A DNA stretch of 60,833 nucleotides from a virus (IMGVR_UViG_3300025096_003142:1-60833); one strand, 5' to 3'; shown: positions 19,773 through 29,525, counted from the first letter of the stretch. Numbers and translations: made by a program. Notes: generated from the sequence alone by a model not told the origin.

Positions 19773-20224
19773 TAACTTTGTATTATTTGTGTAACTAAAC
19801 TAGCGCTATACGTTAAAGTGTATAGTTTATTAATTCCATCAGAACCAGTAACTGCTATTGACAATGGATTGCCATCTGCAAATGATCCTGAATATATTAT
19901 ATTTGTTATTTGTTGGGTTGATCCGAAGGATTGAGTTACTTGTGTAACATTACTTCCACTATAAACTAAACTACAAGAAGTGTATAAAACTCTTGATGAT
20001 CCATTTATTGAAAAAGAATTTGCATATGATGAGGTTTGAGCATAAGAACTAGAAATCATGGGGACTAATATAGTCCCCCTTGCATCTTTATACCTTGGTA
20101 AATTATCAGAGGTATCATTAAAATATGTACTTGAGCTTATAAGGGTATATCCCGCAGAAGAAGTAACATACTGTTGGTATGGTATTCCTATTGATTGGGT
20201 TACTATGCTATTATTTAAACTCAT
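19772..20224 (-). CDS. Ser/Thr-rich putative virion protein
   Basis: SSSYAQTSSYA and YSGS repeats shared with the fibre genes. Confidence 0.7.
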   Translation of the reverse strand: MSLNNSIVTQSIGIPYQQYVTSSAGYTLISSSTYFNDTSDNLPRYKDARGTILVPMISSSYAQTSSYANSFSINGSSRVLYTSCSLVYSGSNVTQVTQSFGSTQQITNIIYSGSFADGNPLSIAVTGSDGINKLYTLTYSASLVTQIIQS

Positions 20225-20228
20225 TTCT

Positions 20229-20237
20229 TATAAATAT
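20229..20237 (-). promoter_or_regulatory. Motif B ATATTTATA
   Basis: 4 nt upstream of ATG 20224. Confidence 0.5.
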
Positions 20238-20239
20238 CC

Positions 20240-22444
20240 TTAGTTATTAATAGATAAATTTCCTTGTGCATCTGGTGTATTTGTTATTGCTTGAGTTACT
20301 TTAGTTGGGTTTGTTGGTGTACAATTTATAAAAGTATTATTCCCATAAAATACAGAGGTATCATCATCTACAGCTGTAATTGCTTTATTTAAAATGCTAT
20401 CATTTAAAAATTTAAAAGAGCAATTAACTATTTTAGGACTTGTTGCCCCCGTCACTACTTCTATGGCCTTTTGTCCACTATAAGGATAGTCATCCATTAA
20501 TGAGCAATTGGAAAGTATACTATTTCCTATTTCTATAGCAGGGCCTGTATATAAAGAATTCCAAATTTGGACTCCTTGAATTTCACAACTATCAGCTACA
20601 GTTATACATTGATCACCAGATGTATGAATTGAGCCTCCAATCATATATCCTAAAATGCTAACACCAACCCCTCCTGCATTTTCCACTACAGTATTAAATA
20701 ATTTTCGTGCACTTGTTACACCTGCTCCTGCGTCTGCTTTTACTACACAACTATAAATATTATAGGCACTACAAGCAGTCCCCGTTGCCGCATAGATATA
20801 ACTATTTCTAATAGTTCCATGGCTAGCTTCATATGTAGCATTACCCCCATAAGAATATATTTGACAGTTATCAATTAATCCAACTAAATACCCCGCATTT
20901 CTTATCCCTGTTTTGTCTGCCTTTACTTCTAAATTTTTTAATACTCTACGATTATGTATTAGATAATTAACAACATCAGCACTTCCTATGATTTTTCCTC
21001 CATCAATAGTTCCATTATTATCTATTGGGTAATATGGAGTATAATTTGATCCATTTTCTACATTCCATGTAAATCCGTGATTTTTTATTAATGTTCCAGC
21101 ATTTTGGATATATAAAAATCTATTAAAAATATTTACACCAGTACCTTGTGTAAATCTAATACTACCATTATAAAATGAGCTCGTTACTGCTACATTATTA
21201 TCACCAAAAATATCTTTTGCATCTAATGCTGCACTGGCACTATAAAATAGTTCATAACCATTAAAATTAAAATCTACACCATCTTTGAAGTGATATATAT
21301 GATCTGATGATTCTGTTACATTTGTAAATAGTTGTATTGTATCTCCCGCAGTTGCTGCTTGTAAGGATGATGATAAATCTGAGTAGTAGGTATAGGATCC
21401 ACTTGAATCAGTTATACCAAATTTACCTGATGGGGATGGTAAATTCGTTAATTGTGAACCATCTCCTGAAAAATAATCTGCTGATGCTGTACTTGGGAAT
21501 ATTATGTCTCCAGTTGCTAATGAGGCGGAGATTGTTGCCAATGAACCAGATCCTATTATTAATTGATCACTCACATTTCCTGAAAATGAAGCAGAATATC
21601 CAATTGCAATATTTCTATTTCCTGTTGAAACTCCATTACCAGCATCTGGTCCTATAGCTATATTATTTTCACCAGTAGTGAGTTCAAATCCTGATTTTCT
21701 TCCTATTACTACGTTATAGTTTCCTGTAGTTATATCTTCTGCAGCTCTATAACCTATAAATACATTTTGAGCGCCATCTTCAATACTTAAACCAGATTGC
21801 CATCCTATACCTATATTATAATCTCCATTATTATTGGAAGTTCCTTTTAATGCATCTTGACCAATACCAACATTTCCTGCTAACCCAGATCCATATCTAC
21901 CAGCTGCATTTCCTATAAATACATTTTCAGTGAGACTTGTTGAATTTCCTCCTGCTCTTTGTCCTATTAAAACATTCTTTTGTGCATTGGTTATTGCTGT
22001 TCCCGCTGAGTCACCTAAAATTACATTATAATCTCCAGTTGTTAAACTAGTTGCTGTGTTTGATCCTATAATTATATTAGAATTAGCTCCTGCTTCCATT
22101 GAAGTACCAGTACCAGCTCCTAATATTACATTATCTGAATCTAATGTGAATGATGAAAATGATCCTGATATTGTTAATGAACCAGTTATTTGAGCATCTC
22201 CAGTGAATGGGAATAGAGATACAGTAGTTAAAGCGAAGGATGCAGTTTCAGCATATGAAGAAGATACTTCTAATATAATTTCATGTGAAGCGGATACTGC
22301 ATAATCTGCATATGAAGCTGATGTTGCATTAAGTGGTGTAAATAATGATCCTGTTCCATCAGCAATTAAACCGCTGCCTGAGACTTGTAATACTCTCTGG
22401 TATGTGTCTTGTATGTTCTGTCCAGTTAAATCAGGAAGAGCCAT
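20240..22444 (-). CDS. Tail fibre/spike-like protein: ~14-aa NxxIG beta-roll repeats + C-terminal beta-helix
   Basis: Repeated TTGxxNVxIG; TASYA motifs; ATAGDTIQL; NC-rich C-terminus. Confidence 0.8.
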   Translation of the reverse strand: MALPDLTGQNIQDTYQRVLQVSGSGLIADGTGSLFTPLNATSASYADYAVSASHEIILEVSSSYAETASFALTTVSLFPFTGDAQITGSLTISGSFSSFTLDSDNVILGAGTGTSMEAGANSNIIIGSNTATSLTTGDYNVILGDSAGTAITNAQKNVLIGQRAGGNSTSLTENVFIGNAAGRYGSGLAGNVGIGQDALKGTSNNNGDYNIGIGWQSGLSIEDGAQNVFIGYRAAEDITTGNYNVVIGRKSGFELTTGENNIAIGPDAGNGVSTGNRNIAIGYSASFSGNVSDQLIIGSGSLATISASLATGDIIFPSTASADYFSGDGSQLTNLPSPSGKFGITDSSGSYTYYSDLSSSLQAATAGDTIQLFTNVTESSDHIYHFKDGVDFNFNGYELFYSASAALDAKDIFGDNNVAVTSSFYNGSIRFTQGTGVNIFNRFLYIQNAGTLIKNHGFTWNVENGSNYTPYYPIDNNGTIDGGKIIGSADVVNYLIHNRRVLKNLEVKADKTGIRNAGYLVGLIDNCQIYSYGGNATYEASHGTIRNSYIYAATGTACSAYNIYSCVVKADAGAGVTSARKLFNTVVENAGGVGVSILGYMIGGSIHTSGDQCITVADSCEIQGVQIWNSLYTGPAIEIGNSILSNCSLMDDYPYSGQKAIEVVTGATSPKIVNCSFKFLNDSILNKAITAVDDDTSVFYGNNTFINCTPTNPTKVTQAITNTPDAQGNLSINN

Positions 22445-22452
22445 TTATAACC

Positions 22453-23016
22453 TTATTTTTTTGCCAACTCTGTTATAACACCATGTATAACATTTGTCTT
22501 TTTTTCTTCATTAATAGGCATATGTTTACAATAAGTAGCAATAATTTTATTAACACGATCTTTTTTAATTGTTAAGTTTTCAATATTAATATTTTCTCTA
22601 ACCAACAATTTCATGATATTTACAACATGATCCGTTTCACGTTTTGTTACTTGTTGTTTAACATTTTTAACCTGTACATTATTTTCTTTTATAACTTGTT
22701 TACCAGTTTGTGATTTGATTTCAACTGTAACTGATTTACTTGCTTGTATTTCAAATTTAGATTCCCATGGCGTAAAGTATGTGTCGTCTGCAATAACTTC
22801 TAATTTGATGTTACCGGTTGTAGATTCATCTAACAATCCTTTTAATTTACGAATTGGAATTTTACATTTTCCAGAACCATCAATTTTACCATTAAACATT
22901 AAACTGTAGTCTTTTGTTTCTACAACTAATCTTGATTTAGAATTAGAAAGTTTAGCGCCTTCTATTTTAATATCACATTCAAATGTTTCTGCTTTGTCTG
23001 TAAATAATTTATACAT
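22453..23016 (-). CDS. phage protein of unknown function (structural region)
   Basis: ORF coupled to its neighbours. Confidence 0.75.
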   Translation of the reverse strand: MYKLFTDKAETFECDIKIEGAKLSNSKSRLVVETKDYSLMFNGKIDGSGKCKIPIRKLKGLLDESTTGNIKLEVIADDTYFTPWESKFEIQASKSVTVEIKSQTGKQVIKENNVQVKNVKQQVTKRETDHVVNIMKLLVRENINIENLTIKKDRVNKIIATYCKHMPINEEKKTNVIHGVITELAKK

Positions 23017-23341
23017 TTATATTCTCCGCCATAATATCGATGCCTAAAACTTTTTTAGCTACTAATTGAATATCTTTAGCTGTGATAGTTATATCATCTT
23101 TAATTGTTTTTTGGCCACTATATGTTTCAATTCCTTTTACTTTGCATACTAGTTTAACAAATCGTTTTTTCTCATCAGGAGTAAAATTGTCGTCTAATGC
23201 TTTAACAGGATCTTCTGGATATGATCCATCTGTTCCTCCTAAGTCAGTAACGACTTTTTCGACTAATTCAACTTCATCCCATGTATATGGATTATTATCC
23301 CATGTAAAATTTGCATTGTCCCATGTAATAGTTGTTGCCAT
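23009..23341 (-). CDS. phage protein with TWD repeats
   Basis: ITWDNANFTWDNNPYTWD. Confidence 0.75.
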   Translation of the reverse strand: MATTITWDNANFTWDNNPYTWDEVELVEKVVTDLGGTDGSYPEDPVKALDDNFTPDEKKRFVKLVCKVKGIETYSGQKTIKDDITITAKDIQLVAKKVLGIDIMAENINV

Positions 23342-23345
23342 TTTA

Positions 23346-23354
23346 TATAAATAT
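23346..23354 (-). promoter_or_regulatory. Motif B in ATATTTATATAAAATG context
   Basis: Identical to 17596-17611. Confidence 0.55.
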
Positions 23355-23911
23355 CATTCTAACAAATTGTAATTCCAATATGTATCTTTATTTTGATTAA
23401 ATGGATTATCTACTTGTTGATAATAACAATTTAAACATAACATTCTTAAATTTTCTATTTTGTGATTAGTATTATCTCCGTCTTCATGATCTAATAATAA
23501 AGGTACTGTATCGTCATTAACTCTTTTTTCTTCATATCCGCAACAACTACATTTTTCTTTGAGTATTCCTAATGCTAATATTCTATTACGGAGTTTCCAA
23601 CTAGGATATGTAGGATGTTTTCCTGTCAATATATTTTCTATACTATATCTTCCACCTGCAGCTTTAACTACGTCTTTAGTTATACCAACGCCATATTGAT
23701 TCTTATGTAGCTCATATAATGTTTTGTCAGACTTAGAATCAGTATACATTCTAGCATATTTTTTATATGTAGTAAATGATACTTTTAAAAATCGAGCTGC
23801 TGCAGCATTGGATTTTGTATTCTCCATTGCATATCTAATTTCAGTTTCTGAAATATTAAGTGCAGAACGACCGATGCCGTATATATATTTATATTGTTTT
23901 TTGGCTTGCAT
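23354..23911 (-). CDS. HNH endonuclease with N-terminal HTH-like region
   Basis: CSCCG...LLDHEDGDNTNHKIENLRMLCLNC; SNAAAARFLKVSFTT. Confidence 0.85.
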   Translation of the reverse strand: MQAKKQYKYIYGIGRSALNISETEIRYAMENTKSNAAAARFLKVSFTTYKKYARMYTDSKSDKTLYELHKNQYGVGITKDVVKAAGGRYSIENILTGKHPTYPSWKLRNRILALGILKEKCSCCGYEEKRVNDDTVPLLLDHEDGDNTNHKIENLRMLCLNCYYQQVDNPFNQNKDTYWNYNLLE

Positions 23912-23913
23912 TT

Positions 23914-24300
23914 TTAATATACACCATGTTTTTCTAAAATCCTTGCAGCTTCATTTGGCAGTGTACAAGTGTCATATAATTCTTTAATTAATGTATCTAG
24001 TTTACCTACGTAGTCTATAAAGGTAGTAGGGTATACACCAGTAGCTATTTGCACCTCTGTTAGCCAAGTGCTATATATTTTATATTTTTCTCTAAATTTA
24101 TCTTCGTCAGTCCGGTTTGCATAATATTCTAATTGATCCTTTAAAGGCCACAGGTTCATAGGAACATTTGGATCTTTTCTACGAGTTGGTAAAATTTCGA
24201 TATGTTTATTTCTTTTTTCGTTCCTCGTAATAAACTTATCCATTTTATTAATCGATCGTTCTTTTGGCGACTCGCCGGTGTGTGCGGATTTCTTTCCCAT
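23914..24300 (-). CDS. hypothetical protein
   Basis: ORF. Confidence 0.7.
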   Translation of the reverse strand: MGKKSAHTGESPKERSINKMDKFITRNEKRNKHIEILPTRRKDPNVPMNLWPLKDQLEYYANRTDEDKFREKYKIYSTWLTEVQIATGVYPTTFIDYVGKLDTLIKELYDTCTLPNEAARILEKHGVY

Positions 24301-24301
24301 A

Positions 24302-24490
24302 TTATTTTTTTAATTTTTCTGTCAATGTAACTATTTTACGCCAAGCATCTTCAGCACGATACACATACCGCTTAAACTTAACGATATTATGCTGTTTCCG
24401 AACTTTATCTGCTTTTTTAAGATTACGATGATATCTAGCGTGAAGAATACCAATACGCAACTTTATAAAGAATCTATTTAGGTTTTTCAT
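24302..24490 (-). CDS. small basic hypothetical protein
   Basis: ORF. Confidence 0.6.
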   Translation of the reverse strand: MKNLNRFFIKLRIGILHARYHRNLKKADKVRKQHNIVKFKRYVYRAEDAWRKIVTLTEKLKK

Positions 24491-24749
24491 ATTTTCTTAA
24501 TTCGACGGTTAAACCCATCTGTTGTAACTGTTGATATGCCATATCTGTTGTAGTATAATTGTCTACAAATATAGAACACCTTCTTCTATGATGTGAAATT
24601 AAGGCACATTGATATGCCTGTAAATGATTTTGATCACAGACATCCATTAGACAATCAATAACATGATCCATGGTATTATGATCGTCGTTATGTAATATGA
24701 CTTCATATTTACCTCGTTTAGTTTTTATTTTTGATTGTTTCTTTGACAT
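24474..24749 (-). CDS. clpS: ATP-dependent Clp protease adaptor ClpS-like
   Basis: YEVILHNDDHNTMDHVIDCL...QAYQCALISH...GLTVE; start probably MSKKQ. Confidence 0.88.
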   Translation of the reverse strand: MSKKQSKIKTKRGKYEVILHNDDHNTMDHVIDCLMDVCDQNHLQAYQCALISHHRRRCSIFVDNYTTTDMAYQQLQQMGLTVELRKYEKPK

Positions 24750-24921
24750 CTCGTATAATCGTGCATTGTTCATATAATTCAGTTTTTTCTGCGTAATCCA
24801 TGCAATCATCTAGAAATTTAAATTTTCTTTGAACATCCCAATGTTCTGGCCAAGCCCACGTTTCGGTACTCATATGATTTATAGATTTGCAAAACATATC
24901 TACGAAAAAATTTTCTTTCAT
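24718..24921 (-). CDS. small protein with UVR (UvrB/C)-like coiled motif
   Basis: YAEKTELYEQCTIIRD. Confidence 0.6.
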   Translation of the reverse strand: MKENFFVDMFCKSINHMSTETWAWPEHWDVQRKFKFLDDCMDYAEKTELYEQCTIIRDVKETIKNKN

Positions 24922-24926
24922 ATTAA

Positions 24927-24956
24927 TATAATAATAAATATACAGCCGTAATCCAA
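24927..24956 (-). promoter_or_regulatory. Motif A variant with embedded motif B
   Basis: TTGGATTACGGCTGTATATTTATTATTATA. Confidence 0.5.
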
Positions 24957-24959
24957 ATA

Positions 24960-25712
24960 TTAATTGATTATGAGTTTTTGTCCTGGTCGTAAAATTGAAT
25001 CTTGAGAAATTTTATTTGCTTTAGCAATAGTTTTAATAGTTATTCCTACTGGTTGTTTTGCTGCTATAGAAGATAATGTATCACCAGACTGTACTATGTA
25101 TATATTATTATCTGTTGTAGATTTCTTTTCTGGAGTATCAATATCGCCATCTAGATATTTTTTAAATTTTAATGCATTATTAATTCGTTTTTTTAAACTG
25201 CCTGGTTGTGGAGTAAAAACATTAATCATTAAATTTTTAGTAGTTTTTGCAATATCTCCAGTAAGACTATTTTTATATTGTTTTACATAAAAATTTGATT
25301 GTCCTTTATAGCTACCATCTGGATGTTGGTATAGATATAACCTTTTCTTTTTTATTCCTGGAATATATTTTCCTTTCCATGTATATCCGTCCAATAATTC
25401 AAATTTAATAAAATCTAATTGTGTAGTTAAACCGCTAAAAGATTGTTTAGTATGTGTTGCAAATGCATGTAATGCTTGTAAACGGCCGGCTCCAGGATCC
25501 CATTGACATAATCCATATGCACCAGTACCGCCTTTTTGCTTCCGTTTCGGGTCGCATGCGGATTCGTGTGCTATATTACCTATTAAACAAATAGCTCCAT
25601 GTTTTTTAAAACCTCGGGCAATTAATCCATTATATATTTTTTCACCTCTTTCTAGTTCGCCATCTTCTGAAAAATCATTTTCTTTTAATAATATATTTTT
25701 AAGTTTTATCAT
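24960..25712 (-). CDS. Phage tail-type lysozyme + LysM, with MIKLKNILLKE leader
   Basis: GNIAHES..DP, GAYGLCQW, QLDFIKFEL; YIVQSGDTLSSIA...LRPGQKLII. Confidence 0.87.
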   Translation of the reverse strand: MIKLKNILLKENDFSEDGELERGEKIYNGLIARGFKKHGAICLIGNIAHESACDPKRKQKGGTGAYGLCQWDPGAGRLQALHAFATHTKQSFSGLTTQLDFIKFELLDGYTWKGKYIPGIKKKRLYLYQHPDGSYKGQSNFYVKQYKNSLTGDIAKTTKNLMINVFTPQPGSLKKRINNALKFKKYLDGDIDTPEKKSTTDNNIYIVQSGDTLSSIAAKQPVGITIKTIAKANKISQDSILRPGQKLIIN

Positions 25713-25759
25713 ATCTCTGTGTCAGGATACCAATCATCCCATTCATCTGGCTGTTTCAT
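25709..25759 (-). CDS. possible 16-aa micropeptide MKQPDEWDDWYPDTEI
   Basis: ATGA overlaps at both ends. Confidence 0.3.
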   Translation of the reverse strand: MKQPDEWDDWYPDTEI

Positions 25760-25836
25760 TTTTTCTTTTTATCATCAAGCTCCGGATGATAACCTAAATA
25801 TACTTTTTTGACATCTCTAGTAGTAATTGTTTAAGT

Positions 25837-26100
25837 TTAAACTGGCTCATATCCACCCTCCTCATCATCTGTATCATCAAGTTGTAATCCTGGATCTGAG
25901 TCTATATCATCATCAAAATCATATGTATCAGGCTCAGCTACTCCATCTGCAGTACCAGGATGTTCATGATGATGTCCCCAAAAGTCTTTTACATCTTCAG
26001 GAGCATCTTTTGATAATTCCATTGGTTTAACTGATAATATATCTTTTATTGTTGTAGGTAAACTACCATCAGCTAATAATATGTCTTTTAATTTAATCAT
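25837..26100 (-). CDS. acidic His-rich protein with MIKLKDILL leader
   Basis: Leader; HHHEH; D/E-rich tail. Confidence 0.7.
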   Translation of the reverse strand: MIKLKDILLADGSLPTTIKDILSVKPMELSKDAPEDVKDFWGHHHEHPGTADGVAEPDTYDFDDDIDSDPGLQLDDTDDEEGGYEPV

Positions 26101-26492
26101 TTATTTAAATGTATCGCTGCTAATTGTTGTAGTGCAGCTTTTTTTGTTGAATGAGTTCCTAATAGGTCTCCATTACCTTTAGGATATACAACCCATTTAT
26201 TATCTACTTTTTTAATTCTTTCATTCATAGCCTTTTTTAATTGGCTTTTTAAATCTGAAGGATGAAATTGCAGGTCCTTTTGGTCGTGCATGTTATGTGT
26301 TAAATAGTCTTTGACTTTATTCATATAATCTGACGCGAGGGTGATTTTGGCTTCAATCCATTCAGGCAAATCCATGTCTGGTGTAATCATGTCAGCTACA
26401 TCTGCTGCATCTTGTGCACATTCAATGGCGCCATGTTTTGCCATCTTACCTTCGTGTTTTTCTCCACAACCACAATCTTCCTGCAATTTCAT
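26097..26492 (-). CDS. putative head-associated protein (HEGKMAK...LPEWIEAKIT module + GTHxTKKAA module)
   Basis: MKLQE start; two short modules of a kind seen in large phages. Confidence 0.7.
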   Translation of the reverse strand: MKLQEDCGCGEKHEGKMAKHGAIECAQDAADVADMITPDMDLPEWIEAKITLASDYMNKVKDYLTHNMHDQKDLQFHPSDLKSQLKKAMNERIKKVDNKWVVYPKGNGDLLGTHSTKKAALQQLAAIHLNK

Positions 26493-26504
26493 ATAATGTA
26501 CCTA

Positions 26505-26729
26505 TTACTTCTTATCTAAAATTTTCATTAGTAAAATAACTGCTATTAATCCTACGAAACCGGAGTCGCCTAATGTATTGATTAAGCTAGTTACATTTCC
26601 AACAACATCCATTCCGAAGACGGCGCCTCCAAAAAGAACTTGAACTAATATTCCTACGGATAGGAATGCTAATAGCAAGTCGTTCATGTTGTTAAAAAAT
26701 CCTTTGATCATTTCAAAAATTTTGTCCAT
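26505..26729 (-). CDS. small two-TM membrane protein
   Basis: Two hydrophobic helices; VVGNV...GFVGLI. Confidence 0.75.
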   Translation of the reverse strand: MDKIFEMIKGFFNNMNDLLLAFLSVGILVQVLFGGAVFGMDVVGNVTSLINTLGDSGFVGLIAVILLMKILDKK

Positions 26730-26761
26730 AATTTGTCCTTTTTAATTAATATGAAATTTTA

Positions 26762-26770
26762 TATAAATAT
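26762..26770 (-). promoter_or_regulatory. Motif B ATATTTATA
   Basis: Intergenic, heads the 26729-24960 gene run. Confidence 0.5.
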
Positions 26771-26793
26771 CGTTATGTTGTGAAATAATGGTG

Positions 26794-27060
26794 TTATTCG
26801 CCTAAATCTAAGTCAGCTGTCCAGGCTTCTGTTTGGAGAATAGCCCTCATCTGCTTGTTCGTACAGGTTTGTACAGGCGATACTGACCCATTTGCGATAA
26901 AACCAGGCCATGTTTGTGAAATTGTAATATCCCACTTAATAAAAGTTAAACTATTATCTAATGAATATGTTAAGGTATCTGCAGAAGTTTCTAATACTTG
27001 ATCAAAATTCACATTTGATACATCGTTTGCGTTAATAATTGCATATGTTCTAATACTCAT
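26794..27060 (-). CDS. small LamG-partner protein, paralog 1
   Basis: TYAIINANDVSNVNFDQVLETS..TL.YSLD..FIKW. Confidence 0.75.
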   Translation of the reverse strand: MSIRTYAIINANDVSNVNFDQVLETSADTLTYSLDNSLTFIKWDITISQTWPGFIANGSVSPVQTCTNKQMRAILQTEAWTADLDLGE

Positions 27061-27071
27061 TTTATTATCCT

Positions 27072-27800
27072 TTAATTTGGTACATCTGCAATATACGCGG
27101 CGCCATTTGTTAATGTCCCATCATTACTATTACCACTGCTATCTCCAGCAGTTGTTCCACTTCCTTCTTCAAATCTCCACCAACCAACTGGTGAATAACT
27201 TGCAAGTGATTTTGGTACGCCTCCATTATAAATTGCAGTAACATCACTTGCTGAAAGAACAGAGGTAAAAATGCCTGTTTCATCTATTTGTCCATCCATA
27301 ACATATTGGCCATCTGCATTTCTTCCTATTTGTACGGTTTTTCCTACATCATTCATTGTTGCAGGTATAGATGTAGTGTTTTCTGTTTCCAAGTTTCCAT
27401 CTACATACAGCCTAACTGCTGTTGACGGCTCAAAAACACCTACTACGTGATGCCAATTCCCATCATTATAATCTGTTGTTCCTATTGCTGAAAAGGTTGA
27501 TGAGCCATTTCTAATACCAAAGATTATAACATTAGTTCCACCATATCTGTTACCCCACATCGTCCAAGACCTGTCGTTTATTGAATGACCATGTGCATTG
27601 TCTTTACAGATTAAAACATAATCTGTAGAATCTGTACTTTTAAACCAAAGAGAAACAGATAAAGAAGTTGTTATTTGCAACTCTGTTGGATTTCCTAAAT
27701 CTATATAATCATTTACTCCATCTAAATCAATAGAATAGGTATTTGAAAATGATGATGCACCACTCAATCCAAATATACCTAATTTAGTTCCTATACCCAT
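27072..27800 (-). CDS. LamG/concanavalin A-like lectin domain protein, class A
   Basis: MGIGTKLGIF; LDGVNDY, WHHVVG, LYVDG, GQIDE, WWRFEEGSG. Confidence 0.88.
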   Translation of the reverse strand: MGIGTKLGIFGLSGASSFSNTYSIDLDGVNDYIDLGNPTELQITTSLSVSLWFKSTDSTDYVLICKDNAHGHSINDRSWTMWGNRYGGTNVIIFGIRNGSSTFSAIGTTDYNDGNWHHVVGVFEPSTAVRLYVDGNLETENTTSIPATMNDVGKTVQIGRNADGQYVMDGQIDETGIFTSVLSASDVTAIYNGGVPKSLASYSPVGWWRFEEGSGTTAGDSSGNSNDGTLTNGAAYIADVPN

Positions 27801-27802
27801 TA

Positions 27803-28048
27803 TTACTCCTCAATTAACCATTCATTTGTTTTTAAAATTGATAATATTTGTTGATGAGTATATATGCCTACCGGATCTACTAGTTCGTTTACATATATGA
27901 ATGCTGGAGGTGAAAGCCATTTGATAAGAATTAAACTAGTATCTAATGAATATTTTAATGTATTAACAGACGTTTCTAATATTTGATCAAAATCTATATT
28001 TGATACATCACTTGCATTAATAATTGCATATGTTTTATTGTTATACAT
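27803..28048 (-). CDS. small LamG-partner protein, paralog 2
   Basis: TYAIINASDVSNIDFDQILETS...YTHQQIL. Confidence 0.75.
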   Translation of the reverse strand: MYNNKTYAIINASDVSNIDFDQILETSVNTLKYSLDTSLILIKWLSPPAFIYVNELVDPVGIYTHQQILSILKTNEWLIEE

Positions 28049-28060
28049 AGTTTACCTTTA

Positions 28061-28804
28061 TTATGGAACATCTTCTACAATATCCCCAGAAGCCATATTA
28101 GTCATAGTTAAATCATATGAACCTACATTATCTGTTAATGTTGGATATGTATCACCATCTCCCATTCTCCACCAATGAATTAAATTAGATTCACCAGTTA
28201 AATCGGTAGGAACTCCAGAATTATAATATGCCAAGACTTCTCCTGCAGTTAATTCAGCACTAAAAATAGATACTTCATCTATATTACCATTAAATTCATA
28301 AAAGGTATAATCAGTTTGTTTTCCAACAGTTAATGCAGAAGCAGGATCTGGTTGCATAGCCGTTGGACCGGAGTATGTTGTTTGAAGATATTGAGTACCA
28401 TCTAAATAAAATATCACCCTTTGTTTACCAGTATTGCTAGCATTATAAGTCACAGCACCATGATACCATGTATCTGTGTTTATTGTAATACTAGTATTTC
28501 TGTATGCAATATTATTTTTACAGTATATATCAACTCTAGTGCTACTAGGAATAATGTCGACTCGAAAATTTCTATCCGCACCTGATCCCCATTGTGATAC
28601 CAATCCACGTTGACTTGTAGTTGCTTGTGTTTTAAACCAAAACATAACAGAAACTTGTGTTGCTCCATCAAAAGATTCAAAAGTCCCAGCTCCTTCACAA
28701 TAATCATCAGACCCATCTAAAACTATAGATTTTTCATTTGTAAATGAAGATACAACAGTTGCGCCACTTTGTGCAAATATTCCTAATTTAGTTCCTATCC
28801 CCAT
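28061..28804 (-). CDS. LamG/concanavalin A-like lectin domain protein, class A
   Basis: MGIGTKLGIF; LDGSDDY, WYHGAVTY, GNIDEVSIF, WWRMGDGD. Confidence 0.88.
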   Translation of the reverse strand: MGIGTKLGIFAQSGATVVSSFTNEKSIVLDGSDDYCEGAGTFESFDGATQVSVMFWFKTQATTSQRGLVSQWGSGADRNFRVDIIPSSTRVDIYCKNNIAYRNTSITINTDTWYHGAVTYNASNTGKQRVIFYLDGTQYLQTTYSGPTAMQPDPASALTVGKQTDYTFYEFNGNIDEVSIFSAELTAGEVLAYYNSGVPTDLTGESNLIHWWRMGDGDTYPTLTDNVGSYDLTMTNMASGDIVEDVP

Positions 28805-28808
28805 GGTG

Positions 28809-29231
28809 TTATCCTAAATCACCAAGTAGGTCCCATTCGTCTGTTCCGACTTTCTTAAGAGTTGCTCCGGAGTGTTGTCCTGCTAGTTTTAAGTTACCAG
28901 ATTTTGAGTTTAATATAGTGCCACTTCCTGTTAAAAATGACATATATCCTACAGATGATGTTTGGAAGAATTCAAATTCCGATCCAACGGCACATGTAAC
29001 TAATGAACTTGTTTGTATAGAACATGTTACATCACCATGACATCTAAAATAAAATCCTGTATTTAAACTACTAGCTGTAATATTACTAGTAACAGAACCA
29101 GATATTGGTCTTTGTAGATTAGTTAATGTAGATCCATCTCCGATAAATGTTCCACTAGCATTTAATGATCCTGTTATCTGAGAATCGCCTTTTGAGTGAA
29201 AGCCATTTTTTATTATAAATTCGTTTGCCAT
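28809..29231 (-). CDS. short tail-fibre-like adaptor protein
   Basis: MANEFIIKNG; FIGDGSTLTNL; ATLKKVGTDEWDLLGDL. Confidence 0.72.
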   Translation of the reverse strand: MANEFIIKNGFHSKGDSQITGSLNASGTFIGDGSTLTNLQRPISGSVTSNITASSLNTGFYFRCHGDVTCSIQTSSLVTCAVGSEFEFFQTSSVGYMSFLTGSGTILNSKSGNLKLAGQHSGATLKKVGTDEWDLLGDLG

Positions 29232-29261
29232 ATCTTTTCCCTATCCAAGATTATGTTATGT

Positions 29262-29495
29262 TTATTCTTCTTCTGATGTCCAAGTTGGTGTGGACATTAA
29301 TTCTAATATTTCAGCATGTGTATAAATCCCAATAGGGATAATAGTTTCATCCTCAATAAAGGTTGGTTCATTATTCCATTTCAAAACAAATTGGGTTAAA
29401 TCAATACTTTTTCTGATTGTGTCTGGTGAAGTTTCTCCAACTTGAGTAAAATCTACTTTAGGAAGGTCGTCTATGCTTATTGTTGAATATATCAT
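29262..29495 (-). CDS. small LamG-partner protein, paralog 3
   Basis: VDFTQVGETSPDTIRKSID..FVLKW..P.FI...YTHAEIL. Confidence 0.75.
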   Translation of the reverse strand: MIYSTISIDDLPKVDFTQVGETSPDTIRKSIDLTQFVLKWNNEPTFIEDETIIPIGIYTHAEILELMSTPTWTSEEE

Positions 29496-29509
29496 TTTTA
29501 TTTCTTTAT

Positions 29510-29518
29510 TATAAATAT
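29510..29518 (-). promoter_or_regulatory. Motif B ATATTTATA
   Basis: 14 nt upstream of ATG 29495. Confidence 0.5.
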
Positions 29519-29525
29519 ATGGATG

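Noticed and set aside
25769-25792. Intrinsic terminator
   Set aside because: The hairpin has no downstream U-tract on either strand
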